A DNA stretch of 64,000 nt. It comes from Diplonema japonicum. Lineage: Eukaryota > Protista > Euglenozoa: Diplonemea. A model generated the notes under the pieces. It was not told where the DNA came from, ran no database searches, and worked only from the letters and a program-made list of their open reading frames with translations. Position 1 is the stretch's first letter; each line of letters opens with the position of its first letter. This document shows, piece by piece, positions 34,039 through 46,164 of the stretch. The DNA lies in the NCBI GenBank assembly GCA_964019335.1, contig OZ025651.1, positions 916,514 through 980,513 on the forward strand, in the 5' to 3' direction. Made by a program: the position numbers and the translations under genes.

Positions 34039-35403
34039 AATAAAAAAAATGGGGAAAAGTGTGTTTTTTTTTCTTCTTTTTAATTTGTACATTAATCCTC
34101 CTTTCCCCGTCCCCCATTACTACTACATAGCCCCCCCATTTTTTTTTGACCTCCCTTTTTTGATTCTTCTCTCTTTAACTTGCTGTCAAGAAGAAACAAA
34201 GCGCGGAGGGGTTTTTTTTTCTTCTTCTTTTTTTTCTAAGGACTAATATTTCCAACTTCCCTGTGGTTTCTTAGTAATTGTACCCTACGCGTGGCGCCAG
34301 CTATCCTATAGTAACAAGGAGTGTTGCGTGCCCCGTGCTGGGCGGCATCGGCGCAGGGCGCTGTTCGTCTAAACCAACAGGGCCACGCGAAGCGTCGGGG
34401 GACTTGTGATGGATCACCACTAAAATCAAAGACAATTATTTTACCAGTTTCCTCGTTATTTTCCCTTCCCCTTGTTGTTTCTTCTGTTTTTTTTTTCAAA
34501 ATAAATTTGTTCAGAAAATAATAACAGGGTGGTATTTGTAAATTCTTCTGAATTCTGTCCTGGGCTTTTTTTTTTCTCTTGTATTTAACAAGTACTGCTT
34601 AGTTTCTTGAACAAAAAAAAGAGGGTAGTGTGGGGTAGGATGCGGTACTTATCCCATGCTGGATGTCGTACCGTGAAAATTAAAAAATTACAGGGGGGGG
34701 GGAGGAAGCAAATTTTTGCGTATATTTTTATACACTCTCCCCTTTTTTCTTCTTATTCTTGGACAGAAAGCGCTTGTTATTGGGCAGCATTGTGCGTTGC
34801 AATAATCTCTTATTAGGTACACTGAATAAAAATTGGCCATCCAAGTGGTTTTTTTTTTCTTCTTTTTCTTCTCTTTTTTTTTTCTTTTTTTTTTTGGGCT
34901 CGCATGATGACAACCGCCGATGCCACTTTTGCAAGGTTCGAAAAAAAAGAAAATGAAGGGAAAGAAAAGAAAACAACAGCTTTTTTTTAAATACTGTTTT
35001 CGGGTTGTAAACTTTCTACAGGTTTCTGCCCGGCAACACCAGTCCCTCTTGCCTTTCGACAGGTGTTTCCGTGGGGGCGCTGGTTTTGACGGTTACGTTG
35101 GTTTTCTCTCCCCTTTTTTTACTTTTCCTGTTTCTTTTTTCCCTCTGTTCCACCCCAAAGACATTTTTAGTCTCCCTTTTCAAGCCCACGTTTTTTTTTC
35201 TTTTCTTTTTTGTCCCCTTCGTCCCCCTTGTCTTACTTACGTATTATCAGAGAAAAAAAATAGCAAAAAAAAAGGCGAAAAAAATAAATAAATTGGAGTT
35301 TTTTTTTTCTTTTCCCTTTCTTGATTTCCCCTCCCTTTTAAAAAATGAAAAAGTCCTCACTATCAAAAAAAAGAACAGGCCAAAGGGTGGGGTCCAAAAG
35401 AAA

Positions 35404-37800
35404 ATGAACACACGAACCATTGCACTTTTCTGCGTGATGATAGTAGGCACAATGGCACAGCCGGCGTGCCACCTTTCGAGGGAGCTGAACCTTGATGGAA
35501 TAGGTGCGTGGCCTTCTGTGACACAAGGCGTGTGGTTCAAGGATGGCAACGCGAGTGTTCAAGGGAACAATGTAACAACAGAGCCTTATACGTGGAGTAT
35601 CAATCTCTGTGCGAAGAGCAATTTTTCAGGTTGTGCGGCAACAGGCCACGTCGCCATGCACAACGCAGCAGGTGACTGCTTGGAAATCTACGACAGCCCT
35701 GTGGGACTTCCCGAAGAGGACTCCGGCCTCACCTTCACCTACCGCTCATCAGCTACTATGAAGTCCGTCTCCGTCGTGACACGGTGCAATGTCGGGATCC
35801 CTGACGGTGTGCTGTACATGAACCGCCAGCCTGACGACGAGTTCACCAACACCGCAACGTACGACGGTGTGTCTGACCCAGACCTCCTCTCCTCGTATGA
35901 TGATGTTGTGCTGCAGTACTCCTCCCGCCAGGCGTGCCGTTTGAACGACAAGCTCTGCACGTTGAATGAGGTACATTGCAGAAATCGCACGCTTTCATGC
36001 CTCGGCACACCAGGTGTCTGCTCTGACGCGACTTGCATACAGCTTAGTAAGCAGCCCAACCCCACCACGGACCCCCTTGGTGTTAACGTCCGTGGAGAGC
36101 TCACTGTCACCGACTGCAGGGGTGCCACCATACCCGGGCTGGGCACTGAAGACTTCGTCACTAAGGTCGACGACAGAACCATCCTCCCAGGCGATCCTGA
36201 AGGCGCCGCTCTTATCACAGACACTGGCGTCACGTCAAACGTGAAGCTGCTGGTGTCGCTTGCCTTGGACCAGAGCGCTTCCGTTGTTAACACGAACAAG
36301 TCTGCGCTGCTCAAGGACAGCGTTCTGCAGTTTCTGGAGAGCCTGTACCCCGCAGGCGCCACCACAGTTCCCTTGACGAGCATCTTCGCCTTTGACGGCA
36401 GCGAGGACATTGTCACATTGCAGCCGTCCTTCTCGCCCGACAAGGCAAAGCTTGTGGCGGCTGCCAACAGCCTTCCGGCAGACGTCGGTGATGCACAGAG
36501 CACCAACCTGTACGGTGCCGTGGACAAGGTGGTGCGCATTACGGAGTCCGTTGCCAGGTCACTGAAGGAGACGACCGACGCTGGTATAGCAATCACTTAC
36601 CAGCAGAGCATTGTAGTGTTCTCGGACGGCACTGATACCGCCTCTAGGTACGACAGGCAGGCGAGCATCAACAGGGCACGCCTCTTCACCGCAAGCAACA
36701 ACACTAACATCTACTTTGTGGACCTCAGCACGAGCGCCAGTGATACTACCTTCGCCGCCAGCATATCGTCACCCGAGAGCTACTTCAAAGTCGAAGCTAG
36801 CGACTTGGCTGAGGTGTTCAAGGACATTGGCAGGCTGCTTGCGATATCTGCATCGAAGTACTCCACCGGAGTGTGCACTGCATTCAGGAGCACCGGTTAC
36901 CACGGTCTTTTCATATCCTTGAACGACAGCAAGCTGGGCACCAAACCGTCGGCAAGCCCACCGCTCTTCTGGCCCTTCGACTCGGGGTCCTTGCAGACAG
37001 GTTGCACTGAGACCACGCTCCAACAGGCTGCAGCAGCTGCAGCTACGAATGCCCAGAAGGGGACGAAGACTTCGCTGCCGACGCTGAGCAGGACGCAGAC
37101 TGCTGCTACTGTGCAAGACTACTTCTACGTGAACACAGACGGCATGGAAAGCGCGTTGGTGTACGTGGACAGCTCTGCTAACGTGCAAATCCTGCTGTCT
37201 TCTGGCGACGGCACGTGTAACATCGTCACCAAGTACTGCTTTGACAACAACGGCACAACAAGGGCTTCCCTCCCTGCTGCCAGTATGGTGGAGACCACTA
37301 CTGTGTCGGGCCTGCTGAGCCTTGGCAATGGCGCCCCTCTCGCTGCAGGCACCACACTGATGCTGCAGTGGACGGCCAAGGCAGTGCCCACGCCGAACCC
37401 CACAGCGCCTGTGACAGCTGCGCCGGACACAAGCAGTGATGACAGCAGCAGCGGGCCCAACATCTTTATCATCTCCATTATAATAGTGGGGGTCATAGTG
37501 CTGTGCCTTGTGATCTTCTACATTGTACGGGCCGTCAGAGACAAGAATAAACAAAAGAGGCAGCAAACCTCTCCTCAACCTGAACCACCCAGCGAGGCTA
37601 ATGACGCTCCCTACGAGTCGGCAGGGCCCATAGAACAAGAACTCGTCTCCTTCCAACACTTGGAAGAGAACTCTCGTGCTGTACCCCTTCCTATGAATTA
37701 TGAAAATGATGTGAACACTTTCAACGAGGCTTACGAGCCGTCCCAACCAAACAAAGAATCAGGCCGTGACACGCCCCTGCTGTACCACGCAGCGCAGTAG
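35404..37800 (+). CDS. Type-I membrane protein: signal peptide, Cys-rich MRH-like domain, VWA domain, TM helix, DxxLL tail
   Basis: N-terminal hydrophobic signal; YTWSINLC..C..SRQAC; MIDAS DQSAS..T..SDG; TM IFIISIIIVGVIVLCLVIFYIV; DTPLL near the C-terminus. Confidence 0.85.
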   Translation: MNTRTIALFCVMIVGTMAQPACHLSRELNLDGIGAWPSVTQGVWFKDGNASVQGNNVTTEPYTWSINLCAKSNFSGCAATGHVAMHNAAGDCLEIYDSPVGLPEEDSGLTFTYRSSATMKSVSVVTRCNVGIPDGVLYMNRQPDDEFTNTATYDGVSDPDLLSSYDDVVLQYSSRQACRLNDKLCTLNEVHCRNRTLSCLGTPGVCSDATCIQLSKQPNPTTDPLGVNVRGELTVTDCRGATIPGLGTEDFVTKVDDRTILPGDPEGAALITDTGVTSNVKLLVSLALDQSASVVNTNKSALLKDSVLQFLESLYPAGATTVPLTSIFAFDGSEDIVTLQPSFSPDKAKLVAAANSLPADVGDAQSTNLYGAVDKVVRITESVARSLKETTDAGIAITYQQSIVVFSDGTDTASRYDRQASINRARLFTASNNTNIYFVDLSTSASDTTFAASISSPESYFKVEASDLAEVFKDIGRLLAISASKYSTGVCTAFRSTGYHGLFISLNDSKLGTKPSASPPLFWPFDSGSLQTGCTETTLQQAAAAAATNAQKGTKTSLPTLSRTQTAATVQDYFYVNTDGMESALVYVDSSANVQILLSSGDGTCNIVTKYCFDNNGTTRASLPAASMVETTTVSGLLSLGNGAPLAAGTTLMLQWTAKAVPTPNPTAPVTAAPDTSSDDSSSGPNIFIISIIIVGVIVLCLVIFYIVRAVRDKNKQKRQQTSPQPEPPSEANDAPYESAGPIEQELVSFQHLEENSRAVPLPMNYENDVNTFNEAYEPSQPNKESGRDTPLLYHAAQ

Positions 37801-37904
37801 CCATAGAGTAGAATCCATTAGTTATTGTTATTTAGCAAAGGTTTAGGATCTAGTTGACTATCAACAATTCACCACCAGGCGGAAATAAGACATAAAATCA
37901 AACA

Positions 37905-40464
37905 ATGCCGCCCAAGAAGGGTTCGAAGCCGGCAGCGAAGAAGGGCCCTGGTGCGGGTGCCATTGCTGCCCTGAAAGCAAAGAGAGAGAAAGAGTTAGCG
38001 GAGCAGAAAAAGAGGGAAGAGGAGGAGGAGGCTGAGCGAGTTCGAATTGAAGCAGAGGTTAAGGCCGCTGATGAAGCTGAAAGACTGAGGCAGGAAAAGC
38101 TGAAGGAGAAGAAGGAGAACAAGGTTAACCCCGCGGATGCAGCGAAGGCGAAGAAGCTGGCGGAGAACAGGAGAAAGTATGTCACCAACACTTGACGCCA
38201 CTTTTAAACCACAGGTTGGAGATGATGCAGAAGTCTGGGATGCAGATCCCTGAGGCCATGCTGAAAAAGTTGCAGGGTTTGGAAGACGATGAACCAAAGA
38301 AGCCGAAGGAGAAGAAGCAGACGGAGACCCTTGCTCAGAAGAAGAAGAGGTTGGAGAAGGAAAAGGCCGAGCGTGAAGCGGCAGAACTCGAGAAAAAACA
38401 AGCGGAAAAACCCGCAGAAAAGAAAGACGATGGGGCTGACGACTGGGAGGCTGAGGCAGATGACTGGGAGAACCAGGCAGACAAGGAACCTGAAGTCGAG
38501 GCTGAGGAAGTTAAGGAGGAGGTGAAAGACGAGCCGGAAGAGGAAGAAGAAGAGGAAGAGGAAGAGGAACACGTCGACCCTGTCCTGGGAGACGACCTGC
38601 GCAGCCCTATCTGCTGTGTGCTGGGCCACGTTGACACTGGTAAGACGAAGCTGCTCGACTACATCAGAAGGACGAACGTGCAGAACGGCGAAGCCGGCGG
38701 TATCACTCAGCAGATCGGTGCCTCCTTCTTCCCTGTGGAGTCCATCCTGGAAAAGACTCGGGAACTCAACAACGCTCTGAAGACACAGCTCGAGATCAAG
38801 GTTCCTGGGCTTCTCGTCATCGATACACCAGGGCACGAGTCCTTCGCGAACCTGCGAGGCAGAGGCAGCGCCCTCTGCGACATTGCCATCCTCGTTGTCG
38901 ACATCATGCACGGGCTGGAGCCCCAGACCAAGGAGTCCATCCAGCTCCTTAAAAAAAGGAAGTGCCCGTTCGTTGTGGCGCTTAACAAGATCGATAGGTT
39001 GTACGACTGGGAGACACACCCCCACGCACCCTTCCCCATCACCTTCAAAAAGCAGAAGGATTACGTGCAGGGAGAGTTCGACAAGCGTCTCACTGCTGTG
39101 CAGACGGAGCTTGCTGAGCAGGGGCTGAACTCTGTCCTGTACACGAAGAACAAGAACTTCCTGAAGAACGTGTCGTTGGTGCCCACGTCTGCCCACACCG
39201 GTGAGGGTGTGCCTGACTTGCTGCTGCTCATGGTGCAGCTCACACAGAGGCACATGAACGAGAAACTCCAATTCTCGATGGACCTGCAGTGCACGCTGCT
39301 TGAGGTGAAGAAGATTGAGGGACACGGTGTGACCATCGATGTCATCCTTGTCAACGGCATGCTAAAAGAAGGCGACACCATCCTGGTGTGCGGTCTGAAC
39401 GGGCCGATTGTGACGCAAGTGCGTGCCCTGCTGACGCCGCACCCTATGAAGGAGATCAGAGTGAAGGGCGACTACGTGCATCACAAGAAGATCAAGGCCG
39501 CACAAGGTATCAAGATCGCAGCCACAGGGCTCGAGGAGGCCGTGCCGGGGACGCCTGTGCTGGTGGTGAACGACGGTGATGACATCGAAGAGCTGCAGGA
39601 GCAGGTCATGTCAGAGCTGGGTACCATTGTGTCGAGGACGCAGGGCGACATGGGTGTCACAGTGCAGTCCAGCACGCTGGGTGCTCTGGAGGCGCTGCTT
39701 GAGTTCTTGAAGGACTGCAAAATCCCTGTGTCGACTGTCGGTGTCGGTGAGCTCAACAAGAAAGACATCATGCGTGCCGTGGGGATCAAGGAGAAGAACC
39801 CTAAGTACGCGGTGATCCTGTGCTTCGACGTCGAGGTGAGCAAAGAGGCGCAGTCGGTGGCAGACAAGGAGGGCATCAAGATCTTCACCGCAGACATCAT
39901 TTACCACTGTATGCAATAAGAATATCAGTACACCGCACCACACCACACCACAGTGCAAGACAAGTTCAAGGCTTATCTCGAAGATTACACGAAGCATCTG
40001 CAAGAGATCAATGCTACCAAAGCGGTGTTCCCTTGCAAGCTGAAGATTGTGAAGGACATCAGAGGCAGAGACCCCATCGTGCTCGGAGTGGTGGTTGAGG
40101 AGGGCCAGGTCAGGGTGGGCACCCCGCTTTTCGTGTGGAAGGAGAAAGACGGGAAGAAGACTCCATTGAGAATCGGTAAGGTTCTCTCCATGGAGAAGGA
40201 CCACAAGTCGCAGACTGTAGTGAAGAAGGGTCCGCAGGAGTTTGCCATCAAGGTCAACAGCGAGGGCATCACCTTCGGGAGGCAGCTCACTCTGGAAGAC
40301 TCTCTATGGAGCGAGGTACGCTTACCACGAACCAACTCAACCTATTAAATAAACAGATTACCCGTGACTCCATTGACGCGCTCAAGGTTTCATTCAAAGA
40401 GGAAGTCAGCAAGGAGGAGTGGGGGATGATCATCAAGCTCAAGAAAAAGCTCAACATCCTGTAG
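37905..40464 (+). CDS. EIF5B: Translation initiation factor 5B; 3 introns
   Basis: [29 protein letters not shown]. Introns 38177-38214, 39909-39953 and 40316-40356 give the conserved end [17 protein letters not shown]. Confidence 0.97.
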
Positions 40465-41213
40465 GCCTGTATTTTTTTTCATTTTTTTTCCCCACGGGGG
40501 AGAAGGAACAAACAGAAAAAAGAAGAAAAAAACAAGAAAAAAAGGCAAATTTATCGATACATTCTATCCAACTAATATGCGGTATTGTTTGCAAAAAGAA
40601 AACGAGCACTGACTGGTCTTAACCACCGGGGGGGGGGGGGGGGGGGGGTGAACGTGTTTTGGGTTGTGACCAACACGCAGTTTTTTTTTCCCCTTTCTTT
40701 TCTTCTTTTTTTCTTTCTTCTTTCTCTAAAATTCCATCTCTTCCACTTTCTTTCTTTCTTTCTTTCTTTTTTTTTTCGGATGTAATACTTGGTTCAAATT
40801 TTGTACAGGGCAGCGCTACTCCAAAGAGATTATTTTCCCTGTTTTTTTTTTTTTTTAGCAACGCTATCCCCCTTCCCCCCCCCCCCCCCCCCCCTCCTCG
40901 TTTCTTTTTTATTATTATTGTCCCTTCTGATTCCCTCCTGATTTTTTTTTCCTACTCCCCTGCAGTGTGGCTCCTGCCAGTGCAAAGTTTCTTAAAAAGA
41001 AAGTTTTTTTTTATTCTATCATAAACCCCAACAGAAGAAATATACTACTCACCCACCCTGCCCCCCTTTTTTTTCTTCCTTTATTAACCCCATTTTTTTC
41101 TTTTTCACGTTGTGTTTCTTTCTTCTTCCTTTTTTTTCTTTTCTTCTAAAAATGCAACAACAAAAAACGAGACACGAAAAGAAAAAGTAACCCACCAGGC
41201 AGGGAGACTTGCT

Positions 41214-44200
41214 ATGACCATAACATGCGAGTCCCTAGTGGGGTACACGGGCGGCAGGGTAGCCTGTCTGAATGACAAGGAACTGGTGTACTGCCTTGCA
41301 AACAACATAATGCGTCTCGACGTGTCCACAGGGGTGAGCAGGTACGCGAGTGAAGGCACCGTCCCTCTGGGGTGTGTGGCGATCAACCAGCAGCAGTCCA
41401 TGATGGTAGTGGGCGTAAAGGGTGAGACCACCTCCGTGCTCGTGTACTCCCTCCCGGACATGGGTTGCACGCAGACTATACCCAACCTTGGGAACACAGA
41501 CTGCTCCGAAATCAGCTTCTCTCGCGATGGGCTCTCCCTAGCCGTGCTGGGGTCCCTCCCCACCTTCACTATCACGATCTTCTCCATCAACCGCAGTACG
41601 CAGTTTCTCACAATTATCTGCAAGACGAACGCCTCGCAGCAGCCCCGCCATCTCAGCTTCTCCCCGTTCAGCAAGAACGACCTGGTGTCCACGGGGTACG
41701 GGCATGTCGTGTTCTGGCGTGTCGAGAAGATCCAAGGGACCCCCACCCTCACCTCTGTTGAAGGCAAGTTGCAGCACCAGACAAAGATCACCTGCTGTTG
41801 CTTCTCCACCCTCAACGGTGAGGTGCTCTGTGGAACTAGCAGCGGCGACATCCTCGAATTCAACACCAGTGTCGGTACCAGCAAGCCTTGGTGGGACAGC
41901 CCTGGCGGCAGCAGCAGCGCTCTCGCCGCCCTCTCCTTCTCCCGGCACCACGTCGTTGCGACCTCCAGCGACGGGATCATGCGGTTCTTTAGACACGACA
42001 GCCACACCATCGAGAGGAGCATCACGCTGAGCACCGTTAAGGTAGCACATGTGGTGAACAGCACAAACTGGAACACCTTCTACGTGTGCGGGTCAGACGG
42101 TGTGCTGCAGTCTGTGGTGCTGCCTGGATATGAGAAGATGCAGCTGAGGGCAGACCAGTTCAGGGAAATCGGGGACATTGGGACACCACTGATGGACTGC
42201 AGCGGGGGTGGGTACCGTGGAGTGTGCCACCTGCAGGCTGGCACTGTGGTCATCACCATCGGTGAGGACAGCACACTGAGATCATGGGACTATACAAAAA
42301 ATTCCTTGCTGAGCAAGACCCACTGCGGCAAGGGGCCGTGCTGTATTGTGGGCGGGAATGTAGGTTCCTCGCACATCGTGGCCGTAGGGTACGAGACCAG
42401 CCATCTTAGGTTGTTCGATTTGTCGGACTTTAAGAGGCCAAAGCTCATATCGCAGGAGAAGCTCTGCGAAGAGGGCAAGGTATCGCTGGTCAGCGTGTCG
42501 CCAACAGGAAAGTGCATCGCAGCAGCAGTGGAGGGCCACGGGCTCTTCTTCTCAGACAGCGTGCACCAGATACACATCCTTGGGTGCCTCCCGGTGGACT
42601 CGCAAATCAAAGACATCACGTGGATAGACCCCTCGAGCCTGCTGATTGCGACGGACAACGGCGACCTTCGGGAAATAGAAGTCCCAGTGAGTACGGCGCC
42701 GTCAGGCAACCATGAGTTCCCCAAGTCGCTCGTTACACGGTTCTGGCGGCTGGATCTCCCGGTTGAGAAAATGTTCTTAACGCAGTCCTCGAGCGACGGG
42801 GTGACTGTTGCCTGCTGTTCTCGTGATAAAGGCGTGAAGTTATACACATTGGATAGGGCGGCGAAGCAGACCGATAACACGAAGATGCCAGTCAAAAAGC
42901 CGCAAGTGCAGTGGAAGCCTAACGACAAGTTAGGCGTGGCGGTATGCACACACGCTCACACGTTTGTTACTACCACAGATCACTGTTGTTGATAACATCG
43001 TCTACTCAGCCTCGCAGGACGGGCGGTTAGATGCAAGGGACCTCAAAGCCAAGAGCGGCGATAAACGTATGCACACAACCAAACAACAGGGCGGGCCACA
43101 CCTTTACAGCCTTGGCGTCTGTGAATAAACACGACTGCTTATTCGGGGGTGTCGCGGGGATGTGCCTCAGCCACAACAAGAAGAGGATCATCACCGTTGG
43201 CACAGAGGGCCTGCTTGGGGTGTTCTCCATCTCAGATGGAATATTGCCCGAGATGCCCTTCCACATCGTGGATCAAACAGGCACCGCCACAGAGATCGAG
43301 GACGAGTCTGTAGTGTACATGGTAAAGGCAGAAGAGGAAAAGAAGCGTCTAGTGGACGCAAAATACAAGATGCACCGACAAACGATCATAGATCAGATCG
43401 GAAAGCTCAGGGAGCAGCTCCAGCACTACAAGAACGAGAACAAGGAGGCGAAACCGGAGGAGAAGTTGGAAACGCAGGCGTTCATGATTGAGAGCCAGCG
43501 CCAGGCCATTCAAGAAGAGGGCAAGAAGCTTATGGAAGAGAAGGAAGAAGAGATCAAGTGGACGAACCTCGCGAACGATTTTATTGCCGATAACATCAAA
43601 AAGCAGTGCTGGGACTCCATGCAGACACCCCTCATGGTGTTGAAGGGGATCGGCAAGAGCGAAGTACAAGTGCCGAACTACAACATCCTCAAGGTAACGA
43701 ACAAAGAGAAGTCATTGCTACGGAAGTTAAAGTTCATGCGTGAGGTATGCCTGTTGTACTTGTTTTCTTTTTCTACCCTTAAATCTAAACAGGTGGAGAA
43801 GCTAGAATGGAGCAGACGGAAGGGCTTCGAGTCCCTAGATGATCTGGTGGCCCCCGATGCGGAGAGAGAGACAGTACCCCCTCCTGACGAGGAACGTGCA
43901 GAAGGTGAAGGAACCACCGGTATGACAGCACAGCAACACGCCGCATCATACCACAGAGGAGATGACGCTCGATGAAGAAGCCTTGCTCCCCGTGGGGGAT
44001 CACCTGTACAACAAGTACATCACGTACACTAGATCTCGGACGGTTACACAGATGACACTTCTGCAACAGGAAATCTTCGTGCAGAGGTTCGAGTTCAACA
44101 AGCTCGTGGGGCAGGCACAAGCAAAGAAGAAGACCGAGATGGCGAAGATCGCCGAGAAGAACGTACGGATAAAGCAGATCCTGAAAGAGTTAGAGCAACC

Positions 44201-46082
44201 AGACACAGTGCTGAACCCCGAGGAGGCCCCATCGGAGCATCCCCAGAGGGTTCTGATAGTAGACGACAGTGAGATCGATATCAGTAATACGCTGTCGTCT
44301 GAGAAGCAGGCTGAGGAAGGAGAGGGGAATAAAAAGAAGGATAGCGAGGAACACGAGGGAAACGAGAAAGCGTTGAAGATAATGATGGATAACAGGCTAG
44401 AGCGGGACGAGCGGGTGGTGGTGGAGATCAAGATGCCGTCGTTTGCTGATCCTAACGGAAAGGACTACAAACCGCAAGACGACTGGACCGATGAAGAGAT
44501 GAAGCTATGGAGAGAGTACGAGAAGAAACTACAGAAGCGTGGTGAGGAAGAGGAGAAGCACAAGCGCGCCCTGCAGCAAGAGCACAGGGAGCTTCAGAAG
44601 GAGGTCGACACCATCGTGGCTGGCTACGATGACACGCTGGCGAAACTTTTCGACATCAAACTGGACACAGACACATGCATCTGCCAGATGGACCTGCAGA
44701 TCATCAAGCTGGCGCAGAGCAGAGTGCAGCAGGAGGAGATGGGTCAGCACTACCAGAAGCTAGCCAAGATCGTGGAGAGCGTGAAGTCAGGTACCAACAA
44801 AGCAGTGCAACTAGCCAACGAAGCACAGCGTGAGCTGCAGACAAAGCGTGACAAGTTCGAAGAGCTCGTTGCCAACGAGAAAAAGAAGTCGGGAGAGAAG
44901 GAGATTCGCACGCAGCCGCCCTTCCTAGAGTGCGAGGAGTACTGCGACGTGCTGATTAAGCAGCTCAAGAAGAGCATTAAACCTAAGAAGGACAAACAGA
45001 AGAAGGACAAGGACGAAAAAAAGAAACGAGAAGACGCCGCGAACCCTGACCCCTTCGCTTTCATTGAAGAAGAAGAAGAAGAGAAGAAAAAGAAGGTTAC
45101 CCAGCAGCCCGAGATCGTGGAGGTGAAGCTCGACAAGCCTGAAGGTCTGAGGGAGGACTTGTGGAGGGAGTTCCTAGAATTCAGACGGGAGAGACTTGAA
45201 GCGGAAAGGGAGCAGAAGCTACTGTCTGACGAACTGCAAGAGATGACGAAGGTGACGGATAGGCTCACCAGAGAGAGCAAGCTGCAGCAGCAGAACTTTG
45301 AGGAGAAACAGCTTTTGCTCAGCGATTTCAAGCAGCAGATGGTCAGGGAGAGTTATAATTTGGACATTCTGCACACATTCAAGCAGGGCAAGATCGAAGT
45401 GGAACAAGAGGCGGTGGTGACCGACTACGCTGACGGGATCCTCATCCATAAGAACAACATCGAAGAGCTGAACGTACAGATTAGGGAACACGGGAAAGCC
45501 AAGGTAGACAAGATGAGGGAGATCATGCAGTTCAAGAAAGGCATACGGTATATTGAGTGGGAAAACCAGATGCTGAAGCATGAAGTACGCTTCTGCGAAA
45601 TGGAATACAAACATCTGCACACACTCCGTGTCACGAAGGCCATGCAGGAGTTCATTAAAGGCGGCGGTGAAAACCACCACGATCTTGAGCGATCAGGTAT
45701 CATGAAGAAGATCGAACACCTGCGTTCTGCAATGCAGTCAAAGATTGAAGAAAAGAAGCAGGCCATGCAGAAGATCAAGCGGATCATCAAAGAAAAAGAC
45801 AGCGAAAATCAACTCTTAGAAGAACAGGTCAAAGAAGCCAAGCAGCTGGTCGGCCAGCGAGAAGAAATTTACCACTTGCAAAGCACTGGTTTGGACCACC
45901 AGAGGAATTTAAAACTCATGAAAGACATGCGTGTTACACGTAAGCTGGAAGATGTCGCCAAGGCGCAGCAAGAAGAGATGAAACTCCTGAAGAAGGAGAT
46001 CGACAGGCTGAGGGAGCGAACCTTCCCATCCTTCGCAGTGGTCTCCAAGAGAGTGGTTGGGAACCCTGACGAACTTCCTTAG
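41214..46082 (+). CDS. CFAP43: Cilia- and flagella-associated protein 43 (WD40 + coiled coil); 4 introns
   Basis: WD40 N-half, CWDSM, KQGKIEVEQ..VTDY..ILI, C-terminal RLRERTFPSF. Introns 42942-42978, 43067-43109, 43745-43792, 43920-43956. Confidence 0.88.
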
Positions 46083-46164
46083 ACCCCTTACGTTCTCCTT
46101 GCAATGTGATTAATTATTTCAATAAAAACTTTACAACCACCGCGCAACATCATCACAGGTCAAC

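Noticed and set aside
35071-35403. N-terminal extensions from GTG/TTG starts in the ORF track (also 1272, 12280, 32339, 41112; upstream ATG 15903)
   Set aside because: Eukaryotic locus; the extensions are low-complexity spacer sequence, so the downstream ATG was used.
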